From: Bacteroidales bacterium
Lineage (GTDB): Bacteria > Bacteroidota > Bacteroidia > Bacteroidales > G3-4614
Direction: 5' to 3'
DNA length: 64,000 nt
NCBI GenBank assembly: GCA_036656055.1
Contig: JAVVOY010000002.1
Location: 6,689-70,688, forward strand
Shown: positions 20,986 through 30,381 of the stretch, one piece after another
Layout of the letters: each line of letters begins with the position of its first letter
How positions within the stretch are numbered: the first letter of the stretch is position 1
Made by a program: the position numbers and the translations under genes
Notes under the pieces: generated by a model
What the model was told of the DNA's origin: nothing
What the model saw: the letters and a program-made list of their open reading frames with translations, nothing else
Databases searched by the model: none

Positions 20986-22512
20986 ATGGAACGTAAGGTT
21001 GAAATAATGGATACTACGTTGCGGGATGGAGAACAAACATCAGGGGTCTCTTTCGGTGCACAAGAGAAATTAAGTATTTCTCGCTTACTGTTGGATGTCC
21101 TGAAAGTAAACCGCATAGAGATAGCTTCGGCACGTGTTTCAGCCGGAGAGAGAGAGGCCGTAAAACAGGTATGCTCATGGGCGGCACGGCGGAATGAAAT
21201 TTCGAGGGTTGAAATATTAGGATTTATCGACAACGGAGTATCGGTAAAATGGATAAAAGATGCAGGCGGAAAGGTTGTAAATCTTTTATGTAAAGGTTCT
21301 CTTCGCCATTGTAAATTGCAGTTGCGGAAGAGCGATGAAGAACACCTTGCAGATATAAAGAGAGAGATCAAAACAGCTCTATCGGCAGGGCTTTCTGTTA
21401 ATTTATATCTCGAAGACTGGTCGAATGGAATGAAAGATTCTCCTGAATATGTTTACCATCTTATTGACGAACTATCTAAAGAAGACGTAAAACGTTTTAT
21501 GTTGCCGGATACATTAGGAATACTTAATCCGGATGTTACTTTCACATATTGCAGTGATATAGTTACACGCTATCCTTCGTTACATTTCGATTTTCATGCA
21601 CATAACGATTACGATTTAGCCGTAGCAAATACCTATGCAGCAGCCAGAGCAGGCGTACATGGGGTACACTGTACCGTGAACGGTTTGGGTGAACGCGCCG
21701 GAAATGCTACACTCTCGAGTGTGCTTGCCGTACTGCATGACCAATTGAATCTACATACAGATATTGATGAAACGAAAGTAAATCAGGTGAGCCGTATCGT
21801 GGAGTCGTATTCAGGCATTCGCATTCCTGCAAATAAGCCAGTAATAGGCGAACATGTTTTTACTCAATGTGCCGGCATTCATGCCGATGGCGATAGTAAA
21901 GACAACCTCTATTATAATGATTTATTACCGGAAAGATTCGGACGAACTCGTGAGTATGCGTTAGGAAAAACATCTGGCAAGGCTAATATCCGTAAAAACT
22001 TAGAGGCGCTTGGAATAGAGTTGGACGAGGAGGCAATGCGTACAGTTACCGACCGTATTATCTCTCTTGGCGACAAAAAAGAGATTGTAACACAGGATGA
22101 TCTTCCGTATATAATATCAGATGTTCTGAAACATAATAGTAACGATAAACAACGGATACGCTTGCAGAACTACTCTTTAGCTCTTGCGCAAGGACTACAT
22201 CCGGTTGCAATCATAAAACTTGAAATTGACAGTGAAATATACGAAGAGAGTGCCACCGGAGACGGACAGTATGATGCTTTTGTTAGATGTGTCCGTAAAA
22301 TATATAAAGACACACTAAAAAGGAGTTTTCCAATGCTTATGGATTACACCGTAAACATACCTCCTGGCGGACGTACCGATGCCTTGGTACAAACGGTTAT
22401 TACATGGAATTATAATGGACACACATTTAAAACACGCGGTTTAGATGCCGACCAGACAGATGCAGCCATTCAAGCAACGATAAAGATGTTGAACCAGATA
22501 GAAGAGTTATAA
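20986..22512 (+). CDS. second LeuA/HMGL-family synthase, citramalate synthase-like
   Basis: 508 aa. [31 protein letters not shown], and a C-terminal LeuA-dimer-type regulatory domain. Clearly a paralogue of the first leuA, not a duplicate. Substrate not determinable by eye. Confidence 0.8.
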   Translation: MERKVEIMDTTLRDGEQTSGVSFGAQEKLSISRLLLDVLKVNRIEIASARVSAGEREAVKQVCSWAARRNEISRVEILGFIDNGVSVKWIKDAGGKVVNLLCKGSLRHCKLQLRKSDEEHLADIKREIKTALSAGLSVNLYLEDWSNGMKDSPEYVYHLIDELSKEDVKRFMLPDTLGILNPDVTFTYCSDIVTRYPSLHFDFHAHNDYDLAVANTYAAARAGVHGVHCTVNGLGERAGNATLSSVLAVLHDQLNLHTDIDETKVNQVSRIVESYSGIRIPANKPVIGEHVFTQCAGIHADGDSKDNLYYNDLLPERFGRTREYALGKTSGKANIRKNLEALGIELDEEAMRTVTDRIISLGDKKEIVTQDDLPYIISDVLKHNSNDKQRIRLQNYSLALAQGLHPVAIIKLEIDSEIYEESATGDGQYDAFVRCVRKIYKDTLKRSFPMLMDYTVNIPPGGRTDALVQTVITWNYNGHTFKTRGLDADQTDAAIQATIKMLNQIEEL

Positions 22513-22611
22513 CCTTCTATTTTAGCTTACAAAAAGGTAATAATAGTTGACAAGGAGTCGTTATATAATTATGATTTTGAAAAATAGTAGTTTTATTTAA
22601 ATATATTTGTT

Positions 22612-23685
22612 ATGAAATTTAATATTGCTGTCCTGCCGGGAGACGGAATAGGACCTGAGATTGTAGGTGTAGCATTGGATGTTACCAAAGAGATTTGTAA
22701 AAAGTTTAACCATGAGTTATCATATAAATATGCTTTGGTCGGCGCTTGCGCTATCGATGCTACCGGTAACCCCTACCCTGATGAGACTCACGAAATTTGT
22801 ATGAAATCCGATGCTGTACTCTTTGGTGCTATTGGTGATCCTAAATACGATAATAACCCTGCCGCCAAGGTACGTCCGGAACAGGGGCTACTTGGAATGC
22901 GTAAGAAGCTTGGACTTTATGCAAATATCCGTCCAGTATCAACCTTTAAACAACTTATCCATAAATCACCTTTGCGTCAGGATATTGTTGCAGGGACAGA
23001 TCTTATGTGTATACGCGAACTTACAGGCGGAATATACTTCGGTCGTCCTCAGGGGCGCAGTGAAGACGGTAATGTGGCTTATGACACCTGCGTATACAGC
23101 CGAGAAGAGATTGAACGTATTGTTCGCCTCGCATACGGTTATGCCATGTTGCGCCGTAAAAAGCTGACAGTTGTTGATAAGGCTAATGTACTTTGCACCT
23201 CGCGTTTGTGGCGTGAAGTAGCCCAACGGATAGCAAAAGAGTATCCTGAGGTTGAAACAGATTTTATGTTTGTTGATAATGCTGCAATGCAACTTGTACA
23301 ATGGCCGTCGAAATTTGATGTAATTGTTACCGAAAATATGTTCGGCGATATACTCACTGATGAAGCATCAGTTATCACCGGTTCGTTGGGAATGTTACCA
23401 TCAGCATCAGTAGGATTGCACACGTCAGTATTTGAACCGATCCATGGCTCGTATCCGCAGGCAGCCGGAAAAAATATTGCAAACCCATTGGCTACAATAC
23501 TCTCTGCAGCTTTAATGTTTGAATACGCATTTAAACTTAAAGAGGAAGGTAAGATGATCCGTGAAGCAGTCAACGCATCGATAGATGCAGGGGTTGTTAC
23601 CGAGGATATAGCACAAGGAGGAAAGGCATATAAAACATCAGAAGTAGGCAAATGGATAGTAGATTATATATCTGCTAAAAAATAG
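22612..23685 (+). CDS. leuB: 3-isopropylmalate dehydrogenase
   Basis: 357 aa. [12 protein letters not shown] start and [20 protein letters not shown] motifs. Confidence 0.95.
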   Translation: MKFNIAVLPGDGIGPEIVGVALDVTKEICKKFNHELSYKYALVGACAIDATGNPYPDETHEICMKSDAVLFGAIGDPKYDNNPAAKVRPEQGLLGMRKKLGLYANIRPVSTFKQLIHKSPLRQDIVAGTDLMCIRELTGGIYFGRPQGRSEDGNVAYDTCVYSREEIERIVRLAYGYAMLRRKKLTVVDKANVLCTSRLWREVAQRIAKEYPEVETDFMFVDNAAMQLVQWPSKFDVIVTENMFGDILTDEASVITGSLGMLPSASVGLHTSVFEPIHGSYPQAAGKNIANPLATILSAALMFEYAFKLKEEGKMIREAVNASIDAGVVTEDIAQGGKAYKTSEVGKWIVDYISAKK

Positions 23686-23711
23686 ATATATATTTTAATT
23701 TTGCTATATAT

Positions 23712-23746
23712 AAAAACAGGCTGCTTTTATGGACAGCCTGTTTTTT
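23712..23746 (+). terminator. rho-independent terminator after leuB
   Basis: AAAAACAGGCTG-CTTTTATGGA-CAGCCTGTTTTTT, 27 nt after the leuB stop. Confidence 0.75.
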
Positions 23747-23999
23747 GTATTTTCTTGATCTGTTATTTCGTTGCCAATATTTCTTTGAATATTAAAATAC
23801 AACTCAATTTGATATTATACAAATACTATTTTGAGTATGTTCTTCCCATGTTTCAATTTTTATTCTGTTTAAAATTTATGATTAGTAAATGTGCTTAGAA
23901 ATGATAAAACAATAGATATTAAGAGCTATTTTATATGAGCGAATAGCATTTTTGATAATATAGTATGGTAAAAACATCCGGGGTTCGTTATTATTTTTG

Positions 24000-24007
24000 T
24001 AATTTTG
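24000..24007 (+). promoter_or_regulatory. Bacteroides-type -7 box (TAATTTTG; a second overlapping candidate TATTTTTG at 23992-23999) upstream of dxr
   Basis: TAnnTTTG match 38 nt upstream of the dxr ATG. Confidence 0.4.
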
Positions 24008-24044
24008 TAGTTTCTATATAAATATAAGGCGCTACGGATAAGAG

Positions 24045-25205
24045 ATGAAGAAACAGATAGCTATTTTAGGTTCAACGGGTTCTATCGGAACTCAAGCGCT
24101 TGATGTAATTGCTGCATATCCCGATTTATTTGAGGTTTATACACTTACGGCAAATAATAATGCCGATCTGCTTATTGAACAGGCAAAAATATTCTTGCCA
24201 GACTCTGTTGTGATTGCAAACGAGGAGTTATATAATAAAGTCAGCGAGGCATTAAAAGAGTTCCCTGTGAAAGTTTATGCAGGCAGTAATGCCGTGGCGG
24301 AAATAGTGGAGTCGACACCAATAGATATAGTTCTTACCGCAATGATGGGCTATGCAGGGTTATATCCTACAATACGTGCCGTAAAAGCCGGAAAAAAGAT
24401 AGCTTTAGCAAATAAAGAGACTCTTGTAGTTGCAGGTGAACTTATAAACATGCTTGTTGAAGCAAATAAAGCAGTGGTTATTCCGGTGGATTCCGAACAT
24501 TCGGCAATATTTCAATGCCTTGCCGGTGAAGAGTATAATCCAATAGACAAAATATTACTTACAGCATCAGGAGGCCCATTTCTGCATTATACACAGAAAG
24601 AACTTGAGTGTGTTACTAAAACAGATGCACTGAAGCATCCTAACTGGTCAATGGGAGCTAAGATAACTATCGATTCAGCATCCATGATGAACAAAGGGTT
24701 TGAGATGATAGAGGCTAAATGGTTATTCGGGATAACTCCAGAACAAGTCGAGGTCGTTATCCATCCTCAATCCATAGTACACTCTATGGTACAATTTATT
24801 GATGGCGCTGTTAAAGCTCAGTTCGGTGTACCTGATATGAAGCTACCTATCTCTTATGCCCTCTCCTACCCTAAAAGACTAAAGTTTAATGGGCGAAAGT
24901 TGTCTATTGCTGACTATGCTGCAATGACATTTGAAGCTCCAGATAACGAAAGGTTCCCTTTATTAAGCTATGCTTATCAAGCCATAAATAGAGGCGGAAA
25001 TATGCCATGTGTATTAAATGCCGCAAATGAGGTTGCAGTCGCTGCATTTCTTGAGGATAAGATAAAATTTACCGATATTCCGCATTTGGTATATCATGCG
25101 CTTGAAAAAGCGGAATTTATCGCATCACCTAATTATGAGAATTATGTTACTACCGATACCGAGGTACGCATATTTACAAATGAAGATATAAAAACATTAT
25201 TATAA
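24045..25205 (+). CDS. dxr: 1-deoxy-D-xylulose 5-phosphate reductoisomerase
   Basis: 386 aa. ILGSTGSIGTQALDV NADPH-binding start, LANKE, PVDSEHSAIFQ, HPNWSMG. Confidence 0.95.
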   Translation: MKKQIAILGSTGSIGTQALDVIAAYPDLFEVYTLTANNNADLLIEQAKIFLPDSVVIANEELYNKVSEALKEFPVKVYAGSNAVAEIVESTPIDIVLTAMMGYAGLYPTIRAVKAGKKIALANKETLVVAGELINMLVEANKAVVIPVDSEHSAIFQCLAGEEYNPIDKILLTASGGPFLHYTQKELECVTKTDALKHPNWSMGAKITIDSASMMNKGFEMIEAKWLFGITPEQVEVVIHPQSIVHSMVQFIDGAVKAQFGVPDMKLPISYALSYPKRLKFNGRKLSIADYAAMTFEAPDNERFPLLSYAYQAINRGGNMPCVLNAANEVAVAAFLEDKIKFTDIPHLVYHALEKAEFIASPNYENYVTTDTEVRIFTNEDIKTLL

Positions 25206-25214
25206 CGATTATTT

Positions 25215-26537
25215 ATGGAGACATTTTTGATAAGAACATTACAGCTTATAGTGAGCCTTTCTATCCTTGTTATTGTACATGAATTTGGACATTTCATATT
25301 TGCACGGATGTTTAAGGTTCGGGTAGATAAATTTTATCTGTTTTTCAATCCATGGTTTTCGATTTTCAAGTTCAAACCCAAAAACAGCGATACGGAGTAT
25401 GGCATAGGCTGGCTTCCGTTGGGAGGTTATGTTAAAATAGCAGGAATGATTGACGAATCAATGGATAAGGAGCAGATGAAACAGCCGGTTCAACAGTGGG
25501 AGTTTCGAGCAAAGCCTGCATGGCAACGCCTTCTTATAATGACAGCCGGCGTGATATTCAATTTTATTCTGGCACTTTTTATATACTCTATGATTACGTT
25601 TACGTGGGGAAAAAGTTACATCCCTATGCAAAACGTAACAAACGGATTCACATTTAATCCGGTAGCTATTGAAGCCGGTTTCAGAAACGGAGATATTCCT
25701 GTTTCTGCCGATGGAACACAACTAAAGACCTTAGACGGAAACTGTGTGCGTGCAATAGCTGAAGCAAAAACTGTAAAAGTACTGCGCAATGATGAGCCTG
25801 TTTTAATAAATATTCCTCAGGACTTCATGCTACGTTTAGTCGGTTCGAAGGAGCATTTTGCTTCATATCGCGTACCACCTGTAATATCTGAAGTAATTCC
25901 CGGAAGCGGTGCTGAAAAAGCAGGCTTAAAGAGCGGAGATAAAATATATTCGGTAAATATGAATCTTACCGAAGACCTCCCTCAGTTTTTTGATGTACTA
26001 TCTGTCTGTAATCCGGGTGATACGCTAAATATTGCCGTATTTACAAACAACGATATAATTTTTGTAAAAGCAGCACTTGATGAGAATAAAAAGCTTGGAA
26101 TAATGCTTGAACCTATTACTAAAGTTTACGTGCCGGTTACTGAAAAATATTCATTATTAGAGTCTATCCCCGTAGGAATAAAGCAAGGATTTGACACTCT
26201 TGGTGGCTATATAAGCGACTTTAAGTATGTATTCACAAAAGAGGGAGCTGAAAGCCTCGGCGGATTTGGAACAATAGGCAGTATCTTTCCGCCCGTCTGG
26301 GACTGGGAGGCTTTCTGGTCTATGACAGCTTTCTTATCAATAATTTTGGCATTTATGAATATATTACCTATTCCGGCACTTGACGGAGGGCATGTGTTAT
26401 TTCTTTTATATGAAGTTGTAGCCCGCCGAAAACCAAGTGAGAAATTTCTGGAACGTTCACAGATGGTTGGAATGATATTTCTTATAATGTTGCTTATCGT
26501 GGCTAACGGAAATGATATAATACGATTATTCAAATAA
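25215..26537 (+). CDS. rseP: RIP metalloprotease RseP (site-2 protease, M50)
   Basis: 440 aa. HEFGH zinc motif in the first TM region, central PDZ-like segments, and a C-terminal NILPIPALDGGH motif. Conserved dxr-rseP adjacency. Confidence 0.9.
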   Translation: METFLIRTLQLIVSLSILVIVHEFGHFIFARMFKVRVDKFYLFFNPWFSIFKFKPKNSDTEYGIGWLPLGGYVKIAGMIDESMDKEQMKQPVQQWEFRAKPAWQRLLIMTAGVIFNFILALFIYSMITFTWGKSYIPMQNVTNGFTFNPVAIEAGFRNGDIPVSADGTQLKTLDGNCVRAIAEAKTVKVLRNDEPVLINIPQDFMLRLVGSKEHFASYRVPPVISEVIPGSGAEKAGLKSGDKIYSVNMNLTEDLPQFFDVLSVCNPGDTLNIAVFTNNDIIFVKAALDENKKLGIMLEPITKVYVPVTEKYSLLESIPVGIKQGFDTLGGYISDFKYVFTKEGAESLGGFGTIGSIFPPVWDWEAFWSMTAFLSIILAFMNILPIPALDGGHVLFLLYEVVARRKPSEKFLERSQMVGMIFLIMLLIVANGNDIIRLFK

Positions 26538-26546
26538 ATATCATCC

Positions 26547-27731
26547 ATGAATAATGTCAAGGTAATACTTAAACCGAAGAAAGAGGAGTCGCTGCAACGT
26601 TTCCATCCATGGATATTTTCCGGTGCGATAGATAGAATTGAGGGTGAGACGGAAGAGGGTGATGTAGTGGATATATATCTTAATAATGGAGAATTTGCCG
26701 CTACCGGACATTATCAGATAGGCAGTATTGCAGTACGTGTGCTATCTTTTGCGAAAGAAAAAATAGATGGCGATTTTTATAAACGCCGTCTATTAAACGC
26801 TTATAAAATGCGCCTTGCCGTAGGGATAGCCGGGAACACAAAAAGCAACTGTTTCCGCCTTGTTCATGGCGAGGGAGACAGCCTGCCGGGACTTATAATA
26901 GATATCTACGGCTCTACGGCAGTAATGCAGGCACACTCGCCCGGGATGCATTTTGCACGAGAGATGCTTGCTGATGCTTTATTAGATATAATGGGCGGAA
27001 GTGTTACAGGAGTTTATTACAAATCAGATACGACGCTACCGTATAAAGCTAATTTAGATCCACAAAACGATTATATAAGAGGTAGTTACAATGGCAATAT
27101 TGCCATTGAAAATGGGCTTAAATTTCATGTGGATTGGCTTAAAGGTCAAAAGACTGGTTTTTTTGTAGACCAACGCGATAATCGTGCATTGCTTGAGTCT
27201 TATGCCAAAGGGAAAAAGGTACTTAATATGTTTTGCTATACTGGAGGATTCTCATTCTATGCAATGCGCGGAGGAGCAGAACTTGTACACTCTGTCGACA
27301 GTTCTGCAAAGGCAATTGATTTCACTAACAAGAATGTAGAACTTAATTTTCCGAGCGATGCGCGCCATGAGTCATTTGTAAAAGATGCATTTAAATATCT
27401 TGATGACATGGGCGAAATTTATGACCTTATAGTCCTTGATCCTCCTGCTTTTGCGAAACACCGCGATGCCTTACATAATGCCTTACAGGGGTATAAGAAG
27501 CTTAATGCAAAGGCTTTTGAAAAGATAAAGAGTGGTGGAATACTATTTACGTTCTCTTGTTCACAGATTGTAACAAAGGAGCAGTTTAGGTTGGCCGTTT
27601 TTAGTGCCGCTGCAATTTCAGGTCGTAATGTAAAAATATTGCATCAGCTTTCTCAACCCGCCGACCACCCTATAAACATATACCATCCTGAAGGTGAGTA
27701 TCTTAAAGGTCTTGTCCTTTACGTGGAATGA
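26547..27731 (+). CDS. class I SAM-dependent rRNA methyltransferase (RlmI/YccW-like, PUA domain)
   Basis: 394 aa. N-terminal PUA-like segment (HPWIFSGAI) and methyltransferase core (VLNMFCYTGGFS, DLIVLDPPAF). Confidence 0.8.
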   Translation: MNNVKVILKPKKEESLQRFHPWIFSGAIDRIEGETEEGDVVDIYLNNGEFAATGHYQIGSIAVRVLSFAKEKIDGDFYKRRLLNAYKMRLAVGIAGNTKSNCFRLVHGEGDSLPGLIIDIYGSTAVMQAHSPGMHFAREMLADALLDIMGGSVTGVYYKSDTTLPYKANLDPQNDYIRGSYNGNIAIENGLKFHVDWLKGQKTGFFVDQRDNRALLESYAKGKKVLNMFCYTGGFSFYAMRGGAELVHSVDSSAKAIDFTNKNVELNFPSDARHESFVKDAFKYLDDMGEIYDLIVLDPPAFAKHRDALHNALQGYKKLNAKAFEKIKSGGILFTFSCSQIVTKEQFRLAVFSAAAISGRNVKILHQLSQPADHPINIYHPEGEYLKGLVLYVE

Positions 27732-27779
27732 AACTATGCAGTAGATGTTAAGAATCGTTCTTAATAGCTCCTATACATA

Positions 27780-29825
27780 ATGAAAAGATTAATATTTATG
27801 GCAACAACTGCTTTTATGCTGTCGGTAGAAATTGCAACGGCAGATAAAAAGATAAACGATGGCAAATTTGATTATACAGTAGATAAATTCGCCGATTTAC
27901 AGATACTCCGCTACCGAGTACCCGGAATAGAGGAGCTTACATCCAAACAGAGGCTTTATATATATTATTTGTCTGAAGCCGCCCAACAAGGACGTGATAT
28001 ACTTTTTGACCAGAACGGCAAATATAATCTTGCTATCCGCAGAACCCTAGAGAGCATATACGAAAATTATAAAGGGGATAAAAACAATAATGATTATACC
28101 GCTTTTGTAAAGTATCTAAAACAGGTATGGTTTGCCAATGGCATTCATCACCATTACGCTACCGATAAGTTTATTCCTGAGTTCTCAGAAGAGTTTTTCA
28201 TTAATCAGGTAAAATCGCTCTCCTCTTCGCAGCTCCCTTTACGTAAGGGCAAAACAGTAGACTATCTTCTCTCTGAAATTATACCTGTAATGTTTGATAA
28301 AAACATTATGTCAAAGCGGGTAAATCTTGCAGACGGTCAAGACATGATAAAGACATCGGCAAGCAACTATTATGACGGTGTTACACAAGCTGAGGCTGAA
28401 GAGTTTTACGGCGCCATGCGCGATACAACTGACACCCAGCCTATCTCTTACGGATTGAACAGTCGTCTTGTTAAGCGCGATGGAAAGATATATGAAGAGA
28501 CTTATAAAGTAGGGGGTCTATATTCTCAGGCAATAGAGCGTATAATATATTGGCTTGAAAAAGCAAAGAGTGTTGTGGAAAACGACACTCAGCGTAAAAT
28601 TATAGATCTGCTTGTTGATACTTATCGTACAGGCGATTTGCGTACATTTGATAAGTATTGTGTAGAGTGGGTTGAAGAACTTTCCGGAACTGTTGATTTT
28701 GTATGTGGTTTTACTGAGGTGTACGGTGACCCGTTGGGACTGAAAGCAAGTTGGGAAGCTACCATAAATTTTAAAAACCACGCTGCCTCAGAACGCACCC
28801 GTACAATAAGCGATAATGCTCAATGGTTTGAAGATAACTCCCCTATTGACCCTCGTTTTAAGAAGGAGAGGGTGAAAGGTGTTTCGGCAAAAGTTATTAC
28901 CGTTGCCATGTTAGGAGGAGACTGTTATCCGAGCACACCAATAGGAATAAACCTTCCGAATGCCGACTGGATACGTCGTGACCACGGTTCTAAGTCGGTT
29001 ACGATAGAGAATATAACAGAGGCATACGATATTGCTTCACAGGGTAATGGGTTTAAGGAGGAGTTTGTTTGTGGTAAAAAAATGATGGAGTTAATTACTA
29101 AGTACGGCTTCATATCCGGTAATCTGCATACTGACCTGCACGAGTGTCTTGGACATGGTTCTGGCAAAATGCTTCTTGGTATTGAGTCAGATGCGCTTAA
29201 GTCATATAGTTCTACATTAGAGGAGGCACGTGCAGACCTTTTTGCGCTCTATTATATGGGCGATGATAAAATGTTAGAACTTGGATTGTTGCCTGATAAG
29301 GAGGCCTATAAGTCAGAGTATTATACATATATGATGAACGGACTTATGACACAACTTATGCGTATAGCTCCCGGCAATAATATTGAGGAGTCGCACATGC
29401 GCAACCGTCAGCTTATTTCAAGATGGATTTTGGAAAAAGGGGCAAATAATAATGTGGTAGAGATTAAAAAGACGAAAGGGAAAAGCTATGTCATAATAAA
29501 CGATTACCAATCATTACGGCAGCTTTTTGGCGAATTGCTTTCTGAAATACAACGTATAAAGTCCGAGGGCGACTATGAAGCCGGCAAAGCTCTGGTTGAG
29601 ACCTATGCCGTCAAGGTTGATCAAGAGTTACACAAAGAAGTTTTGGATCGTTACAAGAGATTAAATATTGCTCCATATAAGGGCTTTGTAAATCCACGCT
29701 ATACGCCAGTTAAAAACGACAAGGGAGAGATTGCTGATATTATTGTCTCTTACGATGAAAGTTATTCTCAGCAGATGTTGCGTTATGCAACAGATTATTC
29801 ACCTCTGCCAACATATAACGATTAA
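27780..29825 (+). CDS. dipeptidyl-peptidase III (peptidase M49)
   Basis: 681 aa. Signal-like N-terminus and the two M49 zinc-binding motifs HECLGH and EEARAD (LEEARADLFALYY). Confidence 0.85.
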   Translation: MKRLIFMATTAFMLSVEIATADKKINDGKFDYTVDKFADLQILRYRVPGIEELTSKQRLYIYYLSEAAQQGRDILFDQNGKYNLAIRRTLESIYENYKGDKNNNDYTAFVKYLKQVWFANGIHHHYATDKFIPEFSEEFFINQVKSLSSSQLPLRKGKTVDYLLSEIIPVMFDKNIMSKRVNLADGQDMIKTSASNYYDGVTQAEAEEFYGAMRDTTDTQPISYGLNSRLVKRDGKIYEETYKVGGLYSQAIERIIYWLEKAKSVVENDTQRKIIDLLVDTYRTGDLRTFDKYCVEWVEELSGTVDFVCGFTEVYGDPLGLKASWEATINFKNHAASERTRTISDNAQWFEDNSPIDPRFKKERVKGVSAKVITVAMLGGDCYPSTPIGINLPNADWIRRDHGSKSVTIENITEAYDIASQGNGFKEEFVCGKKMMELITKYGFISGNLHTDLHECLGHGSGKMLLGIESDALKSYSSTLEEARADLFALYYMGDDKMLELGLLPDKEAYKSEYYTYMMNGLMTQLMRIAPGNNIEESHMRNRQLISRWILEKGANNNVVEIKKTKGKSYVIINDYQSLRQLFGELLSEIQRIKSEGDYEAGKALVETYAVKVDQELHKEVLDRYKRLNIAPYKGFVNPRYTPVKNDKGEIADIIVSYDESYSQQMLRYATDYSPLPTYND

Positions 29826-29828
29826 GAA

Positions 29829-30371
29829 ATGGAAATATCAGAGACACTGCGTCTTATAAAGACTGATTTCCGTCGTGGCATGAACGGAATAGTAGCAGCA
29901 AGCATGAGAGGGAAAGGGATTAATTACAAGGTTAATTTTGGTCTCACCCTCCCGGTAATACGATCTTTGGCAGCAAAATACGATAAAGAGGCTCTACTTG
30001 CCGAGAGTTTATGGAGTGAGGATATAAGAGAGAGCAAATTACTTGCACCTATGCTCTACCCTGTCGATGAGATGAATATTAAAACGGCTCGCAGATGGAT
30101 TGACGAAATACCATATAATGAAATTTCAGATATATGCTGTATGGTGCTTTTTTGCAAACTCTCTTTCGCTGGCGATTTGGCATTGGAGTGTATCGAGTCA
30201 CAGAATAGCCTAAAACGTTATCTTGGAATTACTCTTCTTAACCGTCTAACAATATGTGGTACCGAGATTGAATATCCATTAACCTCCATTTTGAAGAATC
30301 TGCAAGCCGATGGTAATCCGGCTATTGCATCAGCGGCAAATAATTTGTCGCTGAATTTAGATAAAAAATAG
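29829..30371 (+). CDS. DNA alkylation repair (AlkD-like, HEAT/ARM repeat) family protein
   Basis: 180 aa helical protein (LRLIKTDFRRGMNG, SLWSEDIRESKLLA). Resembles the short AlkD/DNA-alkylation-repair family. Its ATG is 3 nt after the DPP III stop and in the same frame. Confidence 0.55.
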   Translation: MEISETLRLIKTDFRRGMNGIVAASMRGKGINYKVNFGLTLPVIRSLAAKYDKEALLAESLWSEDIRESKLLAPMLYPVDEMNIKTARRWIDEIPYNEISDICCMVLFCKLSFAGDLALECIESQNSLKRYLGITLLNRLTICGTEIEYPLTSILKNLQADGNPAIASAANNLSLNLDKK

Positions 30372-30381
30372 AATCCTTTTA

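Noticed and set aside
23701-23898. 65-aa plus-strand ORF after leuB, the 31784..31972 plus-strand ORF, the 12269..12466 minus-strand ORF and the 32699..32890 minus-strand ORF, all in intergenic regions.
   Set aside because: They span terminator hairpins or promoter regions. They are extremely Phe/Ile/Leu/Tyr-rich, as expected from AT-rich non-coding DNA, and have no supporting signals.
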